This document shows, one piece after another, positions 19,541 through 28,866 of a stretch of 64,000 nucleotides of DNA. The notes under the pieces are model-generated. The model made no database searches. It was not told the origin of the DNA and was given only the letters and a program-made list of their open reading frames with translations. Source of the stretch: Dehalococcoidia bacterium (lineage in GTDB: Bacteria > Chloroflexota > Dehalococcoidia > UBA6926); NCBI GenBank assembly GCA_963666115.2, contig CAXXET010000006.1, forward strand, positions 128,001 through 192,000. Reading direction: 5' to 3'. Made by a program: the position numbers and the translations under genes. Position 1 is the stretch's first letter. Every line of letters starts with the position of its first letter.

Positions 19541-21076
19541 ATGACCCAACCAGCCGCCACCCTCGTCCGCGGCCGCCGCGTCCTCACCCGCGCAGAGCAC
19601 GACGGCAGCTATACCCTCCTCAACGATGCCGCCGTCGCCATAGCCCCGGACGGCTCCATCATCGAGGCCGCCCCCTACGATGATCTCCGTTCCCGCCACC
19701 CCGATGCGGACGTCATCGGCAACGGCTCCCACTTCGTTCTCCCCGGCCTCGTCAACGCCCACCACCACGGGCGCGGCGTCTCCTACCTCCAACTCGGCCA
19801 GCCCGACGGCGCGCTTGAAACCTGGCTGAATCTCGCGTGGGGACGCAAGCCCATGGACTCATACCTCATGGGTCTCTACACCCTCATGCAGCAGCTCAGG
19901 TCCGGCACCACCGCCGTTATGTTCAACCAGGCCGGCCCCCTTGCCGAGGCCGAGGGCACCCTCACCGCGTTCCGTGAAGTGGGCGTCCGCACCGCATTCT
20001 CCATCGGATTCCGCTCCCAGTGCTTCCTGATCTACGGCGACGACGAGGAGTTCCTTGCCGGCCTGCCGGATGATCTCTCGCAGACCGCCCGCGCCGTCGT
20101 CGAAGCCTCCCGCGTCGACTTCGAGGACAACCTCAACCTCGTCCTTGACCTCCATGAGCGGTATCAGAAGCCGGACCCGATGGCCGTCCGTATTCTCCTC
20201 AGCCCGTCAGGCTACCACTGGGCCGATGAAAACACCCTCAGCCGCATCGTGGAAACTGCCCGCGACAACGACATGGGCATCCACACCCACGTCCTTGAAA
20301 CCGTCTACCAGCGCCTGTACGCCAACCGGACGACGGGCCAGTCCCCCGTGCAGCGCCTCGCAGACCTCGGCATGACCGGCCCCGGCGTCTCCTACGCCCA
20401 CTGCGTGTGGGTCACGGAGGACGATATCCGCATCCTCGCCGATACCGGCACGTCGGTCAGCCACAACCCCAGCTCCAACCTGCGCCTCCACAGCGGCATC
20501 GCCCCCGTCGGCGCCATGCTGGACGCCGGCGTCAACGTCGGACTCGGAACCGACAGCGTCGGCATCAACGACGATGATGACATGCTCCAGGAAATCGGCC
20601 TCAGCCAGCGACTCCACCGCGCCCCGGGCCTGGACAACCGCCGTGTCACGCCCGGCGAGTTGCTCTACATGGCGACGCTCGGCGGCGCGAAAGCCCTGAC
20701 TCTGGACGACCACATTGGCAGCCTCGAACCCGGCAAGCGCGCCGATATCGTCATGCTCAACTGGGACCGCGTCTCCTACCCGTATCTGGACAGCGAACTC
20801 GATCCCCTTGAAGTCCTCGTCTCACGCGCACGCGGACGAGACGTGCGAACCGTCCTGATCGATGGCCGCGTCGTCTACGACAACGGCGAATACCCCACCC
20901 TCAACGTCCCCGCCATCACCATGCGAATCCAGGAAGCCTTGGCAGGAGGCCCGCCCCCGGACGTCCTAAAGCGCCGCCAAGCCGCCCAGGCCCTCGACCC
21001 TCACATCCGAGCCTACTACCGAAACTGGCAACTCCCCGAAACCCCCCAATACACCCTCCGCAACGCCGCCCGATAG
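19541..21076 (+). CDS. Amidohydrolase, MTA/SAH/guanine deaminase-like
   Basis: PGLVNAHHH, HTHVLE, AHCVW, HNPSSN, GLGTD, GSLEPGKRAD. Confidence 0.88.
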   Translation: MTQPAATLVRGRRVLTRAEHDGSYTLLNDAAVAIAPDGSIIEAAPYDDLRSRHPDADVIGNGSHFVLPGLVNAHHHGRGVSYLQLGQPDGALETWLNLAWGRKPMDSYLMGLYTLMQQLRSGTTAVMFNQAGPLAEAEGTLTAFREVGVRTAFSIGFRSQCFLIYGDDEEFLAGLPDDLSQTARAVVEASRVDFEDNLNLVLDLHERYQKPDPMAVRILLSPSGYHWADENTLSRIVETARDNDMGIHTHVLETVYQRLYANRTTGQSPVQRLADLGMTGPGVSYAHCVWVTEDDIRILADTGTSVSHNPSSNLRLHSGIAPVGAMLDAGVNVGLGTDSVGINDDDDMLQEIGLSQRLHRAPGLDNRRVTPGELLYMATLGGAKALTLDDHIGSLEPGKRADIVMLNWDRVSYPYLDSELDPLEVLVSRARGRDVRTVLIDGRVVYDNGEYPTLNVPAITMRIQEALAGGPPPDVLKRRQAAQALDPHIRAYYRNWQLPETPQYTLRNAAR

Positions 21077-21080
21077 CCCC

Positions 21081-21106
21081 GTCATTCCGGCGTAGGCCGG
21101 AATCCA
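21081..21106 (+). repeat. REP-like family C (GTCATTCCGGCG-nnn-GCCGGAATCCA)
   Basis: Second copy at 26084-26109; related TTCCCGC/GCGGGAA types at ~23148, ~26046 and at the IS target. Confidence 0.8.
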
Positions 21107-21169
21107 TCGCGTGGCCCGCAGGGCCACATCCCGCACCCCTCCCCCCGAATCCCCCGCGCAGGCGGGGGC

Positions 21170-23062
21170 CTACCCCCCGGCCGTAATCGTAACCGTGTCA
21201 GCCTTGATGTACTTCCACGCGTCGCTCACCTTGACGCCGATGAACAGTTTCACGCGGTACGTCGTCCCCGCAGTCAGCCCGGTTATCTGGTGGCTCGACG
21301 CCGACTTGCTGTAGAAAACGACGTTCTGCTTGCCCGTCCAATTTGAGGGCGCCTGGCCCGTATCCTCCACCCAGCGCACTTCGTAGTACTTGAAAACCTG
21401 GTCGTCGGAAAAGTCGTAGCTCCACGTCACAGCGCCGCTCGCGGTGACGGCGAAAGTCGGCGCGGCGGGTGGGACAGGCGTGGCAGTGGGCGGAATGGGC
21501 GTGGCGGTGGGTGGAACAGGTGTCGGCGCGGGCGCCGTGCCGTCATGGATGCGCAGCATCAGCGTGTCGCCATTCTCCCACGGCTGCGACGATACGCTCC
21601 AACTCAGTGTATCCTTCGCGCTGTCCACCGTCGCGTTGGCGACGCTCAGAGACAGCGACGCCGTGCCGTCCAACCCGATGACGTCCACAACCTGCCCCGC
21701 AAGCGCATCATCCGGTGTGACCCCAAGTGTCACCGTCCCGGATTCCCACGTCATCCCACTAATCGTCGCCGCCGCGCCGTCAGCGCCTGTGAACGTGTTG
21801 GGCTTCAGCACACCGTTCGTGGCATTCGCCCCGATAGCCGTGCCAATGGTCACCGGATCAAAGAACGCCTCGTGGAGGGTGCCGGTGGGCGCGGTAACGG
21901 TCAGGAACAACTCTTCCCGCTTCTTCTCCAGGTCGGGCATTCCGTCGCAGATGATGTATATCTTTGGACGAGGGGTGAAATAGGTCTTGTACTCTCCTGC
22001 GGGCAGGGGGCGCATCGTGTCCAGAACCACCGGCCATCTCGTTCTGAACAAGGCCGCGTCCCTGCCTGTAAGTTGGACATCGTCGGCATCAGGCGGCGGG
22101 GTTGCCGGAAACCCGCTATACGCAGAATCCGTGAACGCCATCGTTCCTCCGGCCAACCCGGAGCCGAGGGTGGCATCAAAGCGTTTGTAATAGTAACCTT
22201 GGCCGCCGATCTCGACTATCCTGGCCAGCTCATACTGTGCCTCACGTGCCTGTTCGGTCTTCCTGTAAAGGCAGTCCTTGTACGCCTCGGAGCCGCCTCC
22301 TGCTGCGATTTCGCGGTCATTGGCCGCAATCTTCGCCTTTAGGGCGGATAGCGTGATGGTTGGCGTGGTCTCGGACTGACCTGACACCCCAGATGCCCCA
22401 TCGGTGGCTGCGGGCGAATCCAGCAGGAAGCTCTGCGTATCCGAGCTGCCGGATGCTCCGCCGGCCTCGGACGAAGCGGCGGGCAGCCATCGCTTGTCCC
22501 ACCGGCTGGCTATCGTATAGTAGTCCTCCCAAGGCTCATCGAAGTATAACCCTCCCAGCCGATACCGATTCGCTTGACTGGTGCTGGGCAGTTCCGGATG
22601 GGAGTTTTCGAGAAAGAGTATCGCTTCCCTGCTATCCCACTGCGTGTCCCGCCTGCCCTTCAGGGCCTCTGCCCGCGTGACGGCGCTCCCGCTCGTACTA
22701 AAGGTATCCAGACCGTCCCAAGCCACCGCCACAAGCTCGCTGCTACCACTCCCCCTCAGGTACTCCAACACCCGGAACCGGTAGTCCAGGGCGGCGACGT
22801 AGTCCGTCTCTCCTGTCTGCTGCTCCGCCACCGCAGTCACTGAGAGCAACTCCACCCGGGCGATAACATCCGCCCACGCTATCGTCTCCTCGACGGGGGC
22901 CACACCGTAGTAATCAGAGCCTGAGCCAAGCATGTCAGTCGGCGCCTGTTGAGTCGGCGCCTGTTCCGTTTGGGAGTTGCAGCCCGCCAAAACGGCCGCC
23001 AACAAAATAAGCCCCACCGCGCGTATCATCGTCTCCGCCCCATCACGCCTCGTCCATGTCAT
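21170..23062 (-). CDS. Secreted lipoprotein with Pro/Thr linker and C-terminal fibronectin type III-like domain
   Basis: Lipobox LAGC; PTATP repeats; W..YYEVRW..HQITGLTAGTTYRVKL FN3 pattern. Confidence 0.75.
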   Translation of the reverse strand: MTWTRRDGAETMIRAVGLILLAAVLAGCNSQTEQAPTQQAPTDMLGSGSDYYGVAPVEETIAWADVIARVELLSVTAVAEQQTGETDYVAALDYRFRVLEYLRGSGSSELVAVAWDGLDTFSTSGSAVTRAEALKGRRDTQWDSREAILFLENSHPELPSTSQANRYRLGGLYFDEPWEDYYTIASRWDKRWLPAASSEAGGASGSSDTQSFLLDSPAATDGASGVSGQSETTPTITLSALKAKIAANDREIAAGGGSEAYKDCLYRKTEQAREAQYELARIVEIGGQGYYYKRFDATLGSGLAGGTMAFTDSAYSGFPATPPPDADDVQLTGRDAALFRTRWPVVLDTMRPLPAGEYKTYFTPRPKIYIICDGMPDLEKKREELFLTVTAPTGTLHEAFFDPVTIGTAIGANATNGVLKPNTFTGADGAAATISGMTWESGTVTLGVTPDDALAGQVVDVIGLDGTASLSLSVANATVDSAKDTLSWSVSSQPWENGDTLMLRIHDGTAPAPTPVPPTATPIPPTATPVPPAAPTFAVTASGAVTWSYDFSDDQVFKYYEVRWVEDTGQAPSNWTGKQNVVFYSKSASSHQITGLTAGTTYRVKLFIGVKVSDAWKYIKADTVTITAGG

Positions 23063-23180
23063 CCAATCTTGCCTGTAACGCCCACGTCATGCATGGCAGC
23101 AGTTCTACCCCGCGCCCGCCCGCCTGTCAACTCGGCCGCCTCCCCTTTTCCCCGCAAAACCGGGAATCCAGCCCCCCGCT

Positions 23181-23203
23181 CACCCTGAGCCTGTCGAAGG
23201 GTG
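23181..23203 (+). repeat. REP-like family B (CACCCTGAGCCTGTCGAAGGGTG)
   Basis: Exact copies at 26005 and 27049; reverse variant at 52391 inside a CDS. Confidence 0.85.
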
Positions 23204-23266
23204 CCCCCACCTCACCCCGCCCAATGCGCTATTATCCCCTAAGCGTGCCGTATCAACAGGGGGGTA

Positions 23267-25972
23267 ATGATGCGCGGCATTGTGTGGGTCACACTGACCG
23301 TTGGCGCCCTCGCCTTTGCACTCGCCGCCCTGACCGCCTGCCGGGCCCCTGACCCCACGCCCACTCCCACCCCAGCGCCAACACCGCCACCCACCCCCAC
23401 CCCAACGCCCACGTCCACCGAGCAGCTCAACCAACAGGCAGCCTGGCTCGCCAACCCCCCGGACGCCGCCCACTGGATCGCCAGAACCGCCATCCGTCGC
23501 ATCGCCGTGGAAGATGAAACCCTGGGGCAGCAGGTTGCCGCTCTGCCATGGAGCGTCGATGGCATAACCGCAGATGAGGCCGGCGTGCTGGACGATCTCT
23601 CGTGGCTGCTACAACAAGACCCCGCCATCGCCGCAGCCGTGCTGGACTTCTCATGGATGTCCGCAACCGCGAACATCACCGCAGATGACCGCCGCGCGCT
23701 CCGCGCAGTCCGCGCCGCCGTCGACGCGGATAGCGCCCTCGGCGCAACCCTAGCCTCCTACCCATGGTTCGAAACGCCCGTCACCCCCGAAGGTGCCGAC
23801 GCACTGGAAACCCTAGCCGAACTCGTCGCCCCGGACTTCCAGTCGCAGACCGTCACCGGCATCGGCGCAATGCGGCTCCGGCCTCCATCACCCACCGAAC
23901 CCCCACACCTCGAATTCGCGCAAGAACTAGCGGAGATCAACTGGCTCCAGGACGAAATAACCGGGGTCGAACCAGAGGCGCTCAACGCCTGGGCCGAGTT
24001 GATTCAAGTCGAAGAGCCGAGCGGAGACGCGGCCCTGGAAACAGTGTGGCGCTACAACTGGACGCGTGACGACGCGACGCAAGCAGAAGTAAAGTTCATC
24101 AGTGACCTAAGCGAAGTGGCTGCATCAACCGATGATCGCAATGCAGACGCGCTCGAGACAATCATGGCGTATGGCTGGGTGAGGAACGGCATCGCTCAAT
24201 CCGAAAGCGGGTGGATACTGCGTTACCAACCCCTGCTGGAGGATGCCGGCCCGGAGGACGCGGACGCGCTGCCCCTCATCCTGGACTATGCGTGGGTGAG
24301 GGACGGGCTCCGAGCGCAAGAGGTGGGCCATTTGTCGTCGCTGCGTTCCATCTTCCGCTACAGTTCCGCTGAGAACGCTCCGGCAATCCGTACGGTCTTC
24401 GGGTACCCGTGGTTGGCGGATTCGATCACGTCGGATGAAATTGCGGTGCTGAGAGACATCGCGAGTGCGCTGTCTGCGACCGAGACCGTGGGCGCGGCCC
24501 ACGTGAACAAACTCCTTGGTTACGGATGGGTCTCAGACGACATCACCGCTGACGAGTCAGCCGGTTTCGGCCTGCTGTCAGACACTCTGCGGATGCTTGG
24601 GCGGGATTACCCGGAGGCCGCGCAGTCCGTCCTCGCGTATGAGTGGGTGCAGGATGACCTGGTGGATTCCGACCTGGTTTCGCTGCGCGCGCTCTTTTCA
24701 GTCTTTAGGCATCCTAGAGACCAGACGGGCGACTTCACTGTGGCGCTAACCGCCCGGCCATGGCTCCAGGACGGCCTTGACGAGGATGAGTTGGCCCTGC
24801 TTGGACTCTTCGATCATTCCCTGAGATCAGTCCCTGCCGGCACAATCATGCCCCCTGCGCTTGCCGCCTACCCGTGGCTGGATGGCGGCATTTCAAGTCG
24901 GGAAGAGCAGTGGCTTATCGACTTCCTGCAGGTACTGGCTGCCGGTGTTCTGCCTGACGGCTTCGACGCGGTCCAGTTCTCGGAATTGCCGTGGTTCCAG
25001 GACGGCATCGATGAATTCGAGGCATCGGCAACATCACACCTCGCGTGGGACTCCACGCTCCGAGACCCGGACATCCTCAGCAAGGAGTGGTTCCAGGACG
25101 GCCTGTCTGAGCAAGACATGGTGCTCCTGAGGGCCCTCGTCGACGCCAAGTGGCGCTCTGAACACCACTATCCGGACTTGCTGGATTCGCCCTACATAGC
25201 CAACAAAACACTCACATTGCTGCACAGGGAGTTGGAGGTCTATGTTGTCGGCTCCACGCAGTTCAAGGCCAATGACCCGACGATGGGTCTGATTGAGGAC
25301 ATTGCCCTCAAACTCGAAGAGTTCATGGCGCTGCCGTTCCCGCGAGACAACATCGTCATCTTCTACTGGCAGCCTGCCTGGAGCGAGGGGCAGACGCCCC
25401 GGTTCGGTCTCGGCCACGCCGGATTGGCATTCTTTACCTTGGCGCCCCCGCACCACAACCGCAATTACCACCTGGCCGTCTTCCATGAGATGGCTCACGC
25501 ATACTGGGGCGGCCACACCGGCGCGCCGCCTTGGTGGAATGAAGGAGCCGCCGGTTTCCTGCCGGACTACGCCCGCGATGCCCTCGGCCAGGAAACCCTG
25601 GACGAACGGCGCGCCGACCTGCTTGAGGACACGGAGCGCGAGTGCTGGAGTTGGCGCATCGCCAACATCTCTGAGTACTACCACATACAAGAGACGAACC
25701 GCCCACTCGCGGAACGCCGCAGCATCTGCATCTACGCCTTTGGCGAGCTCTTCCTCATGGAGATGTACCTCCTCCTCGGACACGACGCCGTCTCCACTGC
25801 CATGCGCCAACTCTACGTGGACGCCCGCGACTCAGACTGGCAAGACCCGATTACAGACCAAAAAATCTACGATGCCTTCCTAGCCAACACCCCCCAGGAC
25901 AAACTCGAAGACTTCCACAACCTCTTCGACGACATCCACGGCGGCGCCAAAGTCACCCTCCAGGACTCCTAA
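23267..25972 (+). CDS. Large lipoprotein: W-x-x-D-G helical repeats plus C-terminal gluzincin (HExxH) peptidase domain
   Basis: Lipobox LTAC, PT linker, ~14 [YL]xWxxDGIxxxE repeats, FHEMAH...WWNEGAA. Confidence 0.8.
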   Translation: MMRGIVWVTLTVGALAFALAALTACRAPDPTPTPTPAPTPPPTPTPTPTSTEQLNQQAAWLANPPDAAHWIARTAIRRIAVEDETLGQQVAALPWSVDGITADEAGVLDDLSWLLQQDPAIAAAVLDFSWMSATANITADDRRALRAVRAAVDADSALGATLASYPWFETPVTPEGADALETLAELVAPDFQSQTVTGIGAMRLRPPSPTEPPHLEFAQELAEINWLQDEITGVEPEALNAWAELIQVEEPSGDAALETVWRYNWTRDDATQAEVKFISDLSEVAASTDDRNADALETIMAYGWVRNGIAQSESGWILRYQPLLEDAGPEDADALPLILDYAWVRDGLRAQEVGHLSSLRSIFRYSSAENAPAIRTVFGYPWLADSITSDEIAVLRDIASALSATETVGAAHVNKLLGYGWVSDDITADESAGFGLLSDTLRMLGRDYPEAAQSVLAYEWVQDDLVDSDLVSLRALFSVFRHPRDQTGDFTVALTARPWLQDGLDEDELALLGLFDHSLRSVPAGTIMPPALAAYPWLDGGISSREEQWLIDFLQVLAAGVLPDGFDAVQFSELPWFQDGIDEFEASATSHLAWDSTLRDPDILSKEWFQDGLSEQDMVLLRALVDAKWRSEHHYPDLLDSPYIANKTLTLLHRELEVYVVGSTQFKANDPTMGLIEDIALKLEEFMALPFPRDNIVIFYWQPAWSEGQTPRFGLGHAGLAFFTLAPPHHNRNYHLAVFHEMAHAYWGGHTGAPPWWNEGAAGFLPDYARDALGQETLDERRADLLEDTERECWSWRIANISEYYHIQETNRPLAERRSICIYAFGELFLMEMYLLLGHDAVSTAMRQLYVDARDSDWQDPITDQKIYDAFLANTPQDKLEDFHNLFDDIHGGAKVTLQDS

Positions 25973-25980
25973 CCCTCCCG

Positions 25981-26160
25981 CTCACCCTAAGCACCACCCC
26001 CGTTCACCCTGAGCCTGTCGAAGGGTGAACCCCCACCCTCCCCTTTTCCCCGCAAAACCGGGAATCCAGCCCTCCCCCCCCCCGTCATTCCGGCGAAAGC
26101 CGGAATCCATCGGGCACCGTCATCCTGACGATCTGTCATTCTGAGCGCAGCGAAGAATCC
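25981..26160. repeat. Mosaic cluster of REP-like elements (B, C-related, C, A)
   Basis: Four different palindromes in ~180 bp between convergent genes. Confidence 0.8.
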
Positions 26161-26169
26161 ACCATCGCC

Positions 26170-26787
26170 CTAGGCGCCAGTGACCCACACATAAATACTG
26201 GATGCTAACAGCGTAGGCGCCAATATGCTCCATAGCAGAGCCCCCATGAATGGCCAAAAATGCCGTCGAGGCAATGCCGTCACTCTTCCTGGCAGATAAA
26301 TGTCATTCCACTCCCTGGGGCCGGACACCCATCGTCTTGCATTATTCCACATAACAAACTCTATTAGGACGGCGACTCCACCGAACAATGCAAAAAATAG
26401 TGAAAGGGCCATCATATCACCGCGGTCTGCATAACTGGAAAGGATGATCGTGACCGCAACAAAAATCCCATAGGATACAGTGAAGAGAGCCAATGGACAT
26501 ATGAACCACACGATGATAATCAATCCATATGATATCTCGGTTAGACGATTGCTTGAACGCCACCCTAGGAAATTGGCTATGAGGAAACACCATGGTAGAA
26601 AAAGGGCAATTGACGCAGCAGTGCCGCCTCCAAATGCCTTGAAGACAGGCATACCCTCCCTGTGAGCCAGCCATGCAGTGATTGCGCCCGCTGCGGGAGA
26701 CCAGATCATCCCAACTACCGCCAGGATAAGGATTGGTGAAAGGAGGAGTAGAGGCACCATGAAAAACCTTAGGAGATCAAGCAGCAT
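26170..26787 (-). CDS. Low-GC integral membrane hypothetical protein
   Basis: 5-6 hydrophobic segments; AT-richer than flanks; start likely MLLDLL at 26787. Confidence 0.65.
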   Translation of the reverse strand: MLLDLLRFFMVPLLLLSPILILAVVGMIWSPAAGAITAWLAHREGMPVFKAFGGGTAASIALFLPWCFLIANFLGWRSSNRLTEISYGLIIIVWFICPLALFTVSYGIFVAVTIILSSYADRGDMMALSLFFALFGGVAVLIEFVMWNNARRWVSGPREWNDIYLPGRVTALPRRHFWPFMGALLWSILAPTLLASSIYVWVTGA

Positions 26788-26911
26788 CACTTTGCTCCAC
26801 AATCTGGACAAGGCAGGCGATTAAGCCGAACAACGCGAGAATTGCCACAACCCACGCCGCTTTCCCAGGGAAAGCCGTCAGCGCTCTCCGACGTCCGCCG
26901 CGTTCTCGCAT
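26777..26911 (-). CDS. Putative 44-aa single-TM peptide
   Basis: MRERGGRRRALTAFPGKAAWVVAILALFGLIACLVQIVEQSDAA; stop overlaps the next gene start. Confidence 0.35.
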   Translation of the reverse strand: MRERGGRRRALTAFPGKAAWVVAILALFGLIACLVQIVEQSDAA

Positions 26912-27048
26912 CACATCCTGGGACGACCTGATCGGTGACTCCCTCGTCCCCTATGCCGACACTTGTACCCCTCCCTCCGCAGTTCTGTCAAGCACCCACC
27001 CCCCCCTCACCCCGCCACCCCCCGTTCACCCTGACACCCCCCCCCGTT

Positions 27049-27071
27049 CACCCTGAGCCTGTCGAAGGGTG
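27049..27071 (+). repeat. REP-like family B copy
   Basis: Exact match to 23181-23203. Confidence 0.85.
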
Positions 27072-27096
27072 AACCCCCACCCCCTATACTGAACCC

Positions 27097-28866
27097 ATGA
27101 CTACCACCGCGCATGGCCGCCCCTTCCGCGTCGCCCTCGCCCAAATCAACCCCACCGTCGGCGACATCGAAGGCAACACACGCCTCATCATCGACCACAT
27201 CCAACGCGCCCAGGACGCCCAGGCGGACCTCGTCGCCTTCCCGGAGCTCTGCGTCACCGGCTACCCCCCCGAAGACCTCCTCTACAAAGACTCCTTCCTC
27301 CAAGCCGCCGACGATGCCCTCCAGCAGATCATCCACGCCTCCCACAACATCACCGCCATCGTCGGCTACCCCACCCCCACCACCCCCCCGTACAACGCCG
27401 CCGCCGTCATCCACAACGGCCAACTCATCGACGTCTACCGCAAAATCTTCCTCCCCAACTACAGCGTCTTCGACGAAGAGCGCTACTTCGCCCCCGGTGA
27501 CACCTCCCCCGTCTACCACATCGGCCCCGCCCGCATCGGCGTCAACGTCTGCGAAGACATCTGGTTCGACAACGGCCCCACCAACGTCCAAAAGGCCGCC
27601 GGCGCCCAGGCCGTCATCAACATCAACGGCTCCCCCTACTACCGCGGCAAACGCGCCCTCCGCCAGGACATGCTCACCCGCCGCGCCGCCCACAACGGCG
27701 TCTTCCTCTGCTACGTCAACATGGTCGGCGGACAGGACGAACTCGTCTTCGACGGCGCGAGCATGATCCTCGACCCGCGCGGCAGCGTCCTCGCCGCAGG
27801 CAAACAATTCGACGACGACTTCATCATCGCAGACCTCCCCCTCGCCCAAGCCGACGAAGTGCCCCAAACCGCCGTAATCGACCCTAAAGACCCCTTAAAC
27901 GCCGCTTTTAAGGATTACAATGTGATTTTTGTCACCGCCATAGAAGGGAGGGCAGACCGCGATTCCCTATCTGAAACGCAGCACGCTGCCCCAATGGACC
28001 CCCTCGAAGAGGTCTATAACGCTTTGGTCAAGGGAACGCAAGATTATGTTCGAAAAAGCGGCTTCTCCCAGGCCATAATCGGCCTCTCCGGCGGCATCGA
28101 TTCCGCCCTCACCGCAGCCGTCGCAGCCGATGCCCTCGGCCCCGAAAACGTCCTCTGCGTATCCATGCCATCCCAATACACCGCAGATAGGAGCGTCACG
28201 GATGCCCGCGCCCTCTGCGACAACTTTGGCATCCCCTTTGAAATCATCCCCATCGAGGACATGGCCGCCGCCTACCGCGATGGCCTCCGGTCCCTATTCG
28301 CAGGCACGCAGGAAGGCGTCGCCGAAGAAAACCTCCAGGCCCGCGCCCGCGGCAACATCCTCATGGCAATCTCCAACAAGTTCGGCCGCATCGTCCTCGC
28401 AACCGGAAACAAGAGCGAATACGCCACCGGCTACGCCACCCTCTACGGCGATATGGCAGGCGGATTCGCCGTCATCAAGGACGTCCCAAAGACCCTCGTC
28501 TACGAACTCGCCAACTGGCGCAATGAGCAGGCCGGGCGCGACATCATCCCGCAGGAAATCATCGACCGCCCCCCCACCGCCGAACTCCGCGAAAACCAGC
28601 TCGACGAAGACTCCCTCCCGCCCTACGACGTGCTTGACCCCATCCTGGAAGCCTACGTGGAGCGCGATGTCTCCCCAAAGGACATGATCGAAAAACTCGG
28701 CTTTGACAAAGACGCCGTCCAACGAGTCACCAGACTCGTTGACATAAGCGAATACAAACGCCGCCAGGCCGCCCCCGGCGTCAAGATAACCGAACGCGCC
28801 TTCGGCAAAGACCGCCGCCTCCCAATAGTAAACCAATTCAAACCGGATAGGGAAAATCTGCAATGA
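27097..28866 (+). CDS. nadE: Glutamine-dependent NAD+ synthetase
   Basis: Nitrilase domain (FPEL, VCEDIW) plus GLSGGIDSAL, ENLQAR, TGNKSE, EYKRRQA. Confidence 0.96.
   Translation: MTTTAHGRPFRVALAQINPTVGDIEGNTRLIIDHIQRAQDAQADLVAFPELCVTGYPPEDLLYKDSFLQAADDALQQIIHASHNITAIVGYPTPTTPPYNAAAVIHNGQLIDVYRKIFLPNYSVFDEERYFAPGDTSPVYHIGPARIGVNVCEDIWFDNGPTNVQKAAGAQAVININGSPYYRGKRALRQDMLTRRAAHNGVFLCYVNMVGGQDELVFDGASMILDPRGSVLAAGKQFDDDFIIADLPLAQADEVPQTAVIDPKDPLNAAFKDYNVIFVTAIEGRADRDSLSETQHAAPMDPLEEVYNALVKGTQDYVRKSGFSQAIIGLSGGIDSALTAAVAADALGPENVLCVSMPSQYTADRSVTDARALCDNFGIPFEIIPIEDMAAAYRDGLRSLFAGTQEGVAEENLQARARGNILMAISNKFGRIVLATGNKSEYATGYATLYGDMAGGFAVIKDVPKTLVYELANWRNEQAGRDIIPQEIIDRPPTAELRENQLDEDSLPPYDVLDPILEAYVERDVSPKDMIEKLGFDKDAVQRVTRLVDISEYKRRQAAPGVKITERAFGKDRRLPIVNQFKPDRENLQ

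Noticed and set aside
25981-26160. CRISPR array
   Set aside because: Repeats are heterogeneous palindromes without regular spacers; no cas genes
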